A DNA stretch of 64,000 nucleotides, from positions 462,840 through 526,839 of the forward strand of contig CAWAYI010000005.1 of assembly GCA_963786245.1 (NCBI GenBank), written 5' to 3'. This DNA is from an uncultured beta proteobacterium. GTDB lineage: Bacteria; Pseudomonadota; Gammaproteobacteria; Burkholderiales; Burkholderiaceae_C. Position numbers and translations under genes: made by a program. This document shows positions 48,023 through 56,638 of this stretch, one piece after another (the stretch's first letter is position 1; every line of letters starts with the position of its first letter). Below the pieces are notes generated by a model. The model saw nothing but the letters and a program-made list of their open reading frames with translations. It did no database searches and was not told where the DNA came from.

Positions 48023-49664
48023 ATGTACGCGCCATATTTCGGGCTGAAGAGCGAGCCGTTCTCGATCGCGCCGGACCCGCGCTACCTGTTCATGAGCGAG
48101 CGCCACCGCGAGGCGCTGGCGCACCTGCTGTACGGGCTGGGCGGCGGCGGCGGCTTCGTGCTGCTGTCCGGCGAGATCGGCACCGGCAAGACGACGGTAT
48201 GCCGCCTGTTCCTGGAGCAGATCCCGCCAGGACTGCAACGTCGCCTACATCTTCAACCCGAAGCTGACCGTCATCGAGCTGCTGCAGTCGATCTGCGACG
48301 AGTTCCATATCGGCGTTCGCCAGAAGGACGCGGCGCCGCCGACGGTCAAGGACTACCTCGACCCGCTCAACGAGTTCCTGCTGCAGGCCCATGCGGCAGG
48401 GCGCAACAACGTGCTCATCATCGACGAGGCGCAGAACCTCTCGGCCGAGGTGCTGGAGCAGCTGCGGCTGCTCACCAACCTGGAGACGCGCGAGCGCAAG
48501 CTGCTGCAGATCATCCTGATCGGCCAGCCCGAGCTGCGCAGCATGCTGGCGCGGCCCGAGCTCGAGCAGCTGGCCCAGCGCGTGATCGCGCGCTACCACC
48601 TCGGCGCCCTGACGCCGGCGGAGACGGCGCAGTACGTGCAGCACCGCCTGGAAGTGGCCGGGCTGAGCCGGCCGCTGCCGTTCGAGCGCAAGGCCCTGCA
48701 GCGCGTGCACCAGCTCTCGCGCGGCGTGCCGCGGCGGGTCAACCTGCTGTGCGACCGGGCGCTGCTGGGCGCGTTCGCCAACAGCCAGGCGACAGTGGAC
48801 CCTGCCACCGTGGACAAGGCCGCCGCCGAGGTGTTCGACGCGCCGGCTGCGCCAGTGCTTCCGGCCTGGCGCCGGACTGCGGGCGTGTTGGGCCTGGGCC
48901 TGGCCGTCGGCGCCGGCTTGGTCGCTGTCGTCACGCAAATGGCGCAGGAGCCGGCGGCGCCAGTCGTTGCGGCCCGGCCGGCGCCGGTGGCGCCTGCCGC
49001 CGCGGCGGCACAGGCCGCCGTTCAGCCGGCACGGCTCCCACCGGCGCCGGCAGCAAAGCCCCCTGAACCGGCCCCCGCGCCGGTGCTGTATCGCGACGCC
49101 GAAGAAGCCTGGCGCGAACTGGCCCAGGCCTGGAAGGCTTCGCCGCCGGCGACGGGCGACCCCTGCCGTGCCTTGCAGCAGGATCAGCTGCAATGCTTCA
49201 GCAAACCCCTCAGCCTGGCCGTGATCCGCGAACTGGGCCGGCCGGGCATCCTGACGCTGGACACCGACACCGGCGCGCCCACGTACGCCTTGCTCACGGC
49301 GCTGAGCCGCGACAGCGCGACACTGCGAGCCGCCGGCACCGAGCAGACCGTGACGCTGGCGGCGCTGGCCGCCCGTTGGCACGGCGACTTTGCCACGCTG
49401 TGGCGCGCGCCGCCGGGCTACACCGGCCGGCCCGCCACGGCGCCGAGCGCCGAGACCGTCGCCTGGATGGCCGCGCATCTCGCGCCAGGCAGCGGGGCGC
49501 CGGGCGCGCGCGCAGCGCAATTCGATGCGGCGTTCAAGACCCGGCTGCGTGCATTCCAGCTCGCACAGGGACTGGCTGCCGATGGGCAGCCCGGCCCGAT
49601 GACCTTTATGCAACTCAATCGCGTGGCCGGGGTCGAAGAACCGCGGCTGCGCATGGAACGCTGA
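48023..49664 (+). CDS. exeA: ExeA/GspA AAA ATPase with C-terminal peptidoglycan-binding domain (frameshift near 48228)
   Basis: YFGLKSEPFSIAPDPRYL, GEIGTGKT, IIDEAQNL, LIGQPEL, TM segment, FQLAQGLAADGQPGPMT. Confidence 0.88.
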
Positions 49665-49666
49665 CC

Positions 49667-50482
49667 ATGTCCTACATCCTCGATGCCCTGAGAAAGGCCG
49701 ACGCGCAGCGCGACAGCGATCCGGCCCGCGGCATCCATGCACAGCCGCTGCGCGCCGCAGCGGGCGAGGGCGGGCGCAGCGGCGGACTGCGGCCGTGGGT
49801 CTGGGGGGTCGGCATTGCCGGCCTGGTGGTGGCCGCCGCTGCGGGCTGGTACTTCCTGCGGGACAGCGCGCCTGCGCGCCGGTCCGGTGCGGACATGCTG
49901 GCAACGCCCGCTGCGCGCACGCAGGTGCCGCCGCCACCACCAACTGCTGCGCGCACGCTCCCGCCGCCAGTGGTCGCTGCTGCGCCGGTGGTGATGCCGC
50001 CGCCGGCGGTGGTGGTTGCGCCGCCGGTGAAGTTGACGCAGGCGATCGCGCCGCTGCCCGCGCCGCCGGCGAGCCCGGCTGCCCCGGTGCCCGCGGCGGC
50101 GCCATCACAACCGACCGCAACGCCCCCAGGCATGGGACCCGCAACACCGCGCGGCATGGTGCCCGTCCCCGTCCCCGGCGCGGCGTCGCCACCGCCACCG
50201 CCCGGACCGGCCCCCGGGCCCGCGCCCGTTCCGCCGCGGGCCGCGCTCCCGATCCCGCCTGCACCGCCGACACCGCCAGCGGTCGGCCTGCCGCCGGACG
50301 CGCCCAAGCTCGTGATCACGGGCGGCATCTATTCCGCCAACCGGGCGCAGCGCATGCTCATCGTCAATGGGCAGGTCTACGCGGAAGGCAGCGACCTGGG
50401 GCAGGGCGTGACGCTGGAAGAGATCAAGCCCAAGTCCGCCGTCCTGCGGTTCCGCGGCGCGCCGTACTCGGTTTCGTATTGA
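49667..50482 (+). CDS. gspB: GspB/ExeB-like protein
   Basis: MSYILDALRKAD, TM segment, long Pro-rich linker, C-terminal IYS..RMLIVNGQVYAEG. Confidence 0.82.
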   Translation: MSYILDALRKADAQRDSDPARGIHAQPLRAAAGEGGRSGGLRPWVWGVGIAGLVVAAAAGWYFLRDSAPARRSGADMLATPAARTQVPPPPPTAARTLPPPVVAAAPVVMPPPAVVVAPPVKLTQAIAPLPAPPASPAAPVPAAAPSQPTATPPGMGPATPRGMVPVPVPGAASPPPPPGPAPGPAPVPPRAALPIPPAPPTPPAVGLPPDAPKLVITGGIYSANRAQRMLIVNGQVYAEGSDLGQGVTLEEIKPKSAVLRFRGAPYSVSY

Positions 50483-50491
50483 GCGCCGGGC

Positions 50492-51193
50492 CTATTTCGC
50501 CTGGGGTGGCTGGAACACCGACCAGCGCCCGTCCTTGAACAGGTACAACGCGGACGAAAGGCGCGCTCCCGGCCCGCCGGCGTAGAGCGCGGCCGCGCTG
50601 AAGCGCAGGTTGCTCACCGCGGTTTCGTCCGACACCGGCGCGTACACCAGCCCGCCGCGCCGCGGAACCGCAACCACCAGGCCTTCCGGGTACTGCGCCT
50701 GCCGTTCGCGCCAGAAGTCCCGGTCCAGGAAGTAGCTGCTGTTCAGGTCGGCTGCGCTGCCTTGCACCTGCATCAGGCTGCCGCTCCAGGGCTGCGCGGC
50801 CGGCTCGCCGTAGACGCGACGCAGGTTGGACACCGCCAGCTTCAGCGCCTCTTCCGGCGTCAGGTGCAGCCGCGCCAGGTCTTCGGAGGACGCGCTCTGC
50901 ATGGTCTGGCCGCCGTCGAACACCAGGCGGATGTGCATGTCGCCCAGGTACCGGTACCAGCTCGTGTCCAGGTCCACTTCGCGGCCGTCGGGCAGCACGG
51001 CCCGCACCTTGCCGAACGGCCGCAGCGCCTCGTCCTGCTTGTTGGCTCCGCGGGTCTCGCGCAGCACCACGATCAGGTTGGCGGCGCTGGTGTCGATGGA
51101 TTCGTTTTCGATGGCGGCCGCCGGCAGCGGCGCGAGGCTCGCGCAGCCGAGCAACAGGCAAAGCTTCAAGACGTTCCCGATCCTGCAGGTCAT
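50492..51193 (-). CDS. Exported hypothetical protein, DUF1444/YtpQ-like
   Basis: Signal peptide; LVFDGGQTM..EDLARLHLTPEEALKLAVSNL, SSYFL, VVAVPRRG. Confidence 0.6.
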   Translation of the reverse strand: MTCRIGNVLKLCLLLGCASLAPLPAAAIENESIDTSAANLIVVLRETRGANKQDEALRPFGKVRAVLPDGREVDLDTSWYRYLGDMHIRLVFDGGQTMQSASSEDLARLHLTPEEALKLAVSNLRRVYGEPAAQPWSGSLMQVQGSAADLNSSYFLDRDFWRERQAQYPEGLVVAVPRRGGLVYAPVSDETAVSNLRFSAAALYAGGPGARLSSALYLFKDGRWSVFQPPQAK

Positions 51194-51408
51194 GGCGTTC
51201 CCCTCTCGACTCGCTTCCATGGTGCGCGAGGCGGCGGCAAGCTGCAACGCTTCATCACGCGAAGCGCGAAATTTGTCGCGCTTCACGGTGCCGGCGTGGG
51301 TACGGGGCAACGAAATTGGTTACCGATCTTGCGTGCACCGGTGAACATGTAAGGGTGCTCGTCCGTAGCATCGGCAGGTCTTACAACGCCACTCAGAGGA
51401 AGTACACC

Positions 51409-51939
51409 ATGGCCATGCAATCCCCTTTCTTCAACAAGCGCGAACCGGACGCATACAGCCAGCGCAACCAGGCCAACCCGAATGCTGCGGCTGTCACCGC
51501 GACCGCCGCCGCGGCGCCCACGACGCCGGCGGCCAACAGCGCGCCGGCCAAGGAAGGCGAAAGCAAGCTGACCGTCGGCCCCAACATCAAGCTCAAGGGT
51601 GTGGAGATCACCGATTGCGACACCCTGGTCGTCGAAGGCTCCGTGGAGGCGACGATGGATTCGCGCGTGATCCAGATTTCCGAACGCGGCTCTTTCAAGG
51701 GTTCGGCCGACATCGACATCGCCGAGATCCGCGGCCAGTTCGACGGCAACCTGACGGTGCGGCAGAAGCTGATGATCTACGCGACCGGCAAGGTGACCGG
51801 GCGCGTGCGCTATGGCAAGGTGGTGATCGAGGAGGGCGGCCAGCTGTCGGGCGAAGTGGAATTCGGCACGGCGAGCACCACCAGCCGCCCCGCGACCGCC
51901 GCCGCGGGCGCACGTCCCGGTCTGCAAGTCGCCGGCTGA
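51409..51939 (+). CDS. Bactofilin (polymer-forming cytoskeletal protein)
   Basis: GAGGA RBS; beta-helix repeats LTVGPNIKLKG, LVVEGSVE, IRGQFDG, IEEGGQLSG. Confidence 0.88.
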   Translation: MAMQSPFFNKREPDAYSQRNQANPNAAAVTATAAAAPTTPAANSAPAKEGESKLTVGPNIKLKGVEITDCDTLVVEGSVEATMDSRVIQISERGSFKGSADIDIAEIRGQFDGNLTVRQKLMIYATGKVTGRVRYGKVVIEEGGQLSGEVEFGTASTTSRPATAAAGARPGLQVAG

Positions 51940-51943
51940 CCCT

Positions 51944-52846
51944 TCAGACCGCGGTGCGGTGCCGCTGGACGCAGGTGTCCAGCACCGCGCCGTGGTCGCG
52001 CCGCCACCAGTTGGCGGCCGAGAAGATCTCGACCTCGCTGTAGCCGGCGAACCCCGCGCCTTCCATCCAGCCGCGGATGCGCGGGATGTCGATCACGCCG
52101 TCGCCCATCATGCCCCGGTCGTTGAGCATGTCGGTGGTCGGCGTGAGCCAGTCGCAGACGTGGAACGCCAGCAGGCGGTCCCGGCCGGCGCGCGCGATCT
52201 GGGCCTGCAGCTTGGGATCCCACCATACGTGGTAGACGTCCACGGCGACGCCGAGCGCGGCGGGCGTCGCCGCGCCGACTGAGCCCCTGCGCCTGCCGTC
52301 CAGTTCGTCGCAGACGTCCAGCGCCTGCTCCAGCGTGTTGATGCAGGCGCGGTCGGCCGCGTACATCGGGTGCAGCGGCTCGATGGCCAGCGGCATCCCC
52401 CTGGCGCGCGAATACTCCAGCAATTCGGCGATGCCGTCGCGCACCTGCGCGCGCGACAAGGCGATGTCCTTGTGGACGGCGTGGCCGGCCAGCGCCCCCG
52501 GCAATGCGCCGACCACCAGCACCAGGCAGGCCGCTTGCAGCTCGCAGGCCTCGTCCACGGCGCGCCGGTTGTCGTCGCGCGCCGCCCGCAGGCCTTGCGC
52601 ATCGCCAGCGGGAAACATGCCGCCTCGGCAGTAGCCCGAGAGTTCCAGCCCGTGCGCCTTGACCAGCTTCGAAATTGTTTCCAGCCCGGCGGCCGCCACC
52701 TGGTCGCGCCAGGGTGAGATCGCGCGGATGCCGCGGCGGGCGCAGGCTTCGATGATCTCGGGCAGCGGCAGGTCCGCGCCCCGGCTCTTGCGCACCGTGG
52801 CGGTGTTGATCGAGAGCCAGCGATGGTCCTGCGAGAAGTCGCGCAT
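51944..52846 (-). CDS. Sugar phosphate isomerase/epimerase (xylose-isomerase-like TIM barrel)
   Basis: LAIEPLHP, VDVYHVWWD, FHVCDW, DRGMMGDGVID, EVEIF. Confidence 0.88.
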   Translation of the reverse strand: MRDFSQDHRWLSINTATVRKSRGADLPLPEIIEACARRGIRAISPWRDQVAAAGLETISKLVKAHGLELSGYCRGGMFPAGDAQGLRAARDDNRRAVDEACELQAACLVLVVGALPGALAGHAVHKDIALSRAQVRDGIAELLEYSRARGMPLAIEPLHPMYAADRACINTLEQALDVCDELDGRRRGSVGAATPAALGVAVDVYHVWWDPKLQAQIARAGRDRLLAFHVCDWLTPTTDMLNDRGMMGDGVIDIPRIRGWMEGAGFAGYSEVEIFSAANWWRRDHGAVLDTCVQRHRTAV

Positions 52847-52854
52847 CCGCTCGC

Positions 52855-54042
52855 CTAACCGTCGATACCGTGCAGCGCCAGCAGTGTCTTCATGCGGCGC
52901 ACCGCCAGCTCGGGCTGCTCCAGCAGGTTGGCGGCGTCGGCCAGCCGGAACAGCTCGGCCAGGTGCGGCAGCGACCGCGTGCTTTGCTGGCCGCCGACCA
53001 TGGTGAAGTGGCTCTGGTGACCGTTCAGCCATGCCATGAACACGACGCCGGTCTTGTAGAAGCGCGTGGGCGCCGCGAAGATGTGGCGCGACAGCGGCAC
53101 CGTCGGGCCGAGGATGGCGTGGAATTTTTCGACGTTGCCTCGCGCCAGTTCGCCGAGCGCGGCACTGGCGGCGGGGGCGATGGCGTCGAAGATGCCAAGC
53201 AGGGCGTCGCTCTTTCCGTGCGTCGGCTCGCGGCCGAACCCGTCGCCTGCGATCAGCTCGGCATAGTTGAAGTCGTCGCCCGTGTACATGCGCACGCCCG
53301 GCGGCAGGCGCCGGCGCATCGCGATTTCCCTGTCCTTGTCCAGCAGGGAGATCTTGATGCCGTCGACCTTGGCGGGATGGGCCGCGATGATGCCCAGCGC
53401 CGTGTCCATCGCGGCGTCGACATCCCTGCTTCCCCAGTAGCCGGCCAGCGCCGGATCGAACATGTCGCCCAGCCAGTGCAGGATCACCGGCTGCCGCGCC
53501 TGGCGCAGGATGCGGTCGTACACCCGCTCGTAGTCGGCCGGGCCCCTTGCGACGCGCGCCAGCGCCCGGCTGGCCATGACGATCAATTTGCCGCCCAGCT
53601 TCTCGATGGCGGCCATCTGTTCCTCGTAGCCCGCGATGACCTCATCGACTGTCTTGACGTCTTCGAGGACGAGATGGTCCGTGCCGCAACCGGAAGCCAC
53701 CAGAGCGCCGGGCATGCCCTTCGCCGCTTCGAGCGAACGGCGGATCAGTTCCAGCGAGGTCGGCCAGTCCAGGCCCATGCCACGCTGCGCGGTGTCCATC
53801 GCCTCGGCCACGCCCAGGCCCAGCGACCAGAGCCGCCGGCGATAGGCGATCGTCGCGTCCCAGTCCACCGCGCACTGCAGCCACGGGTCGATGGCCGCGC
53901 GCGGGTCGGCGACCACGTGCGCGGCGGAATAGGCGATGCGATCGAACCGGGTGCCCGCCGCCGGCGCGGCCGCAGGCGTGCCGCGCAGCGTGTACTGGAA
54001 GAGGTCGCCGCCGGCCGCAGGCAATTGCAGCGACAAGGTCAT
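52855..54042 (-). CDS. DUF993-family protein (DHDPS-like aldolase fold)
   Basis: YSAAHVVADP, GVAEAMDTAQRGMG, ILHWLG, GIKISLLD, YTGDDFNY, YKTGVVF. Confidence 0.85.
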   Translation of the reverse strand: MTLSLQLPAAGGDLFQYTLRGTPAAAPAAGTRFDRIAYSAAHVVADPRAAIDPWLQCAVDWDATIAYRRRLWSLGLGVAEAMDTAQRGMGLDWPTSLELIRRSLEAAKGMPGALVASGCGTDHLVLEDVKTVDEVIAGYEEQMAAIEKLGGKLIVMASRALARVARGPADYERVYDRILRQARQPVILHWLGDMFDPALAGYWGSRDVDAAMDTALGIIAAHPAKVDGIKISLLDKDREIAMRRRLPPGVRMYTGDDFNYAELIAGDGFGREPTHGKSDALLGIFDAIAPAASAALGELARGNVEKFHAILGPTVPLSRHIFAAPTRFYKTGVVFMAWLNGHQSHFTMVGGQQSTRSLPHLAELFRLADAANLLEQPELAVRRMKTLLALHGIDG

Positions 54043-55215
54043 GGCCGGCCCTGCACGTCAAGGGGCGGGACGTCGATCCACCGCCGCTCCTTCCAGCTTT
54101 GCAGCGCTGCCTCCACCAGCTGCACGCCCTTGGCGCCCTCGGCCAGGGTCCAGCGGTACGGTTCGTTTTCGGCGACGTGGCGGATGAAGTGCTCCCACTG
54201 GATCTTGAAGCCGTTGTCGTAGACCTGCGTGTCGGGCACTTCCTGCCACTGGTCGAAGAAGTTCATGGTCTGCTTCAGGTCCGGGTTCCACACCGGCCGC
54301 GGTGTGGTCACGCGCGACTGCGCGCGGCAGTCGTTCAGGCCCGCGACCGCCGAGCCATGGGTGCCGTCGACGTGGAAGGTGACCAGGTCGTCGCGGCGCA
54401 CGCGCGTGGCCCACGACATGTTCATCTGCGCCACCACCGGCTCGCCGTTGTGGCCGACCAGCTGCGCCGTGGCATAAGCCGCGTCGTCTGCCGTGGCCGC
54501 GTACGGCTTGCCGGCTTCGTCCCAGCGCTGCGGGAATGTGCGTCGCGCCGATGCACGACACCGACTTGACCTCGCCGAACAGGTTGTCCAGCACATAGCG
54601 CCAGTGGCACATCATGTCCAGGATCACGCCGCCGCCATCTTCCTTGCGGTAGTTCCAGCTCGGGCGCTGGATCGGCTGCAGGTCGCCTTCGAACACCCAG
54701 TAGCCGAACTCCAGGCGGACGGAAAGCATGCGGCCGAAGAAGCCGGCGCGGCGCAGCATGTCGAGCTTGCGCAGGCCGGGCAGGAACAGCTTGTCCTGCA
54801 CCGCGCCGTGCTTGAGGCCCGACGCCTGCGCGAGCCGCGCGATTTCCACCGCCTCGTTGAGGTTGGTGGCGATCGGCTTTTCGCAGTAGACATGCTTGCC
54901 CGCGCGGATCGCCTTGGCCAGCAAGGCAGGGCGCATCTGCGTCGTGCCCGCGTCGAAGAAGATCGAGTCGTCCTTGTTCGCGAGGGCCTGGTCCAGGTCG
55001 GTGCCCCAGCGTTCGATGCCGTGCGCCTTGGCCAGCGCCGCGATCTTCTCGGCGTTGCGGCCGATGAGGACCGGGTCGGGCATCGCCTTGTCGCCGTTCG
55101 ACAGCTGCACGCCGCCCTGCGCCCGGATGGCGACGATGGAGCGGATCAGGTGCTGGTTCATGCCCATGCGCCCGGTGACGCCGTGCATGATGATTCCGAG
55201 TCTTTGGGTGGCCAT
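54039..55215 (-). CDS. Gfo/Idh/MocA oxidoreductase (frameshift near 54540)
   Basis: GIIMHGVTGRMG, HVYCEKP, RPSWNYRKEDGGGVILDM. Confidence 0.9.
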
Positions 55216-55224
55216 GGTGTTGCG

Positions 55225-55242
55225 ATTCACTAAATGGTGAAT
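55225..55242. promoter_or_regulatory. Candidate TetR operator, site 1
   Basis: ATTCAC-TAAATG-GTGAAT palindrome 9 nt upstream of the Gfo/Idh/MocA start. Confidence 0.6.
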
Positions 55243-55340
55243 TGTTGCCAAAACACCGGCACCTGTCAATCGTGTTTGGCGAGGCTGTCGCGGAGGCGAG
55301 CTCAGAGGTTGCATGTCACAACTCGCTTTAAGGCACGCGA

Positions 55341-55560
55341 CAAGGCTGCGCGCCGGTTGGCTGCGGCGCGCGGTCCAGCCGTTCGGCGCTGAAGCGCCGA
55401 AACGCTTCCGGTGGACGGATTTGCGGCCTTGGGACTCCCCGTGGTCGCACCTCACGCGCCGGAACAGCCCGCGCGCTTGTCGCGCGCGCGGCCGCAAACC
55501 GACCACCTCCAGCTCGCCTGGCCCTGATCGCGCGCCGCAGCCAACCAGCACGCAGCCTTG
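55341..55560 (-). repeat. Structured ~220-nt repeat element, copy 1 (MITE/REPIN-like or ncRNA)
   Basis: 32-bp terminal inverted arms 55341-55372 and 55529-55560 with 2 mismatches; the interior is the reverse complement of copy 2. Confidence 0.85.
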
Positions 55561-55640
55561 CAAAGAGCAACGTTTGGTGCGGGTCAACAGCAGTTCGGCG
55601 CCGCAGCGCTTGCATTCGTCGCACACCCACCGAGTCCGCA

Positions 55641-55865
55641 GCGAAATCGGGTGCGGTCGGGCTGTGGCGCGCGATCAGGGCGGGCCGAGGCGCAGGTGGT
55701 CGGTTGGCGGCCGCGCGTGCGACAAGCGCGCGGGCGTATCCGGAGCGTTGGGAGCGACCACGTTTAGTCCCAAGGCCGCAAATCCGTCCACCGGAGGCGT
55801 TTGTGCGCCTTCAAGGCGCGCAACGGCCCGACCGCGCGCCACAGCCTGCCCGCACCTGACTTCGC
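55641..55865 (+). repeat. Structured ~225-nt repeat element, copy 2
   Basis: 33-bp terminal arms 55641-55673 and 55833-55865; the 30-nt block 55766-55795 is the exact reverse complement of 55407-55436. Confidence 0.85.
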
Positions 55866-55953
55866 CGCCCAGACGCAGGCACTCGACAGCCGCCTCAGTT
55901 CAGACTCGACGTGATCAGACCTTCCTCAACGTTTCAGCGCAGGACCATCGCCA

Positions 55954-56600
55954 TCAACGCAACACGTAGCCCAGCACCAACTCGACCATGTGCGAAAGCC
56001 GTTCGCTCTTCGCCTTGGGCGCCATCAGGTCGCGCCCGAAGATCGCCGAAAGCGTGTGGCTGTTGGACAGGTAGAAGTAGGAAAGTCCCGCGATGGACAC
56101 ATAAAGCTGGACCGGGTCGATGCCGCCGCGAAAGCTGCCTTCCTTGCGGCCGCGCTCCAGGATCTCGCCCAGCGTCGCGATCAGCGGCGAGTTCATCTCG
56201 CGCACGCTTTCGAACTCTCGAGATGGCGCGCGCGATGCAGGTTGGCGCTGTTGAGCAGCGTCAGGAACTCGGGATGGTCCAGGTAGTACTGCCAGGTGAA
56301 CTCCACCAGGCGCCGCACGGCGTCGGCCGGCTTGAGCCCCAGCAGGTTCAGCTTGCGCTCCTCCTCGCGGATGTGCAGGTAGGCCTGCTCGAGGACGGCG
56401 CGGAACAGCTGCTCCTTGTCCTCGAAGTAGTAGTAGATCAGCCGCTTGTTCAGGCCCGCGCGTTCGGCGATGCGGTCCATGCGCGCGCCGCCGAGGCCGT
56501 GCTCGGCGAATTCGTCGCGCGCCGCGGCTAAGATGGTGGCTTGCGATCGGTCTGCGTCGCGCAGCCGCTCGTCGGCGGCCATGGTGGGTGCTCTTGCCAT
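55954..56600 (-). CDS. TetR-family regulator, RutR/NicS-like (frameshift near 56205)
   Basis: ILAAARDEFAEHG, IAERAGLNKRLIYYYF, LNSANLH, YFYLSNSHTLSAIFG. Confidence 0.88.
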
Positions 56601-56608
56601 GCCTGATA

Positions 56609-56626
56609 ATTCACCAAAACGTTAAT
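56609..56626. promoter_or_regulatory. Candidate TetR operator, site 2
   Basis: ATTCAC-CAAAAC-GTTAAT in the 38-bp gap between divergent tetR and the ThDP enzyme; same architecture as 55225-55242. Confidence 0.55.
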
Positions 56627-56638
56627 CGAGTCAAGCTT

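Noticed and set aside
49900-50300. Low-complexity CCG-rich tract
   Set aside because: Encodes the Pro-rich GspB linker and is not an independent repeat
55341-55865. CRISPR array or complete IS element
   Set aside because: Only two long inverted copies, no repeat-spacer periodicity, and no cas or transposase gene
55313-55969. 218-aa ORF and overlapping ORFs across the repeat region
   Set aside because: Arg/Pro/Ala-rich with atypical codon usage and no motif; explained by the GC-rich inverted repeats
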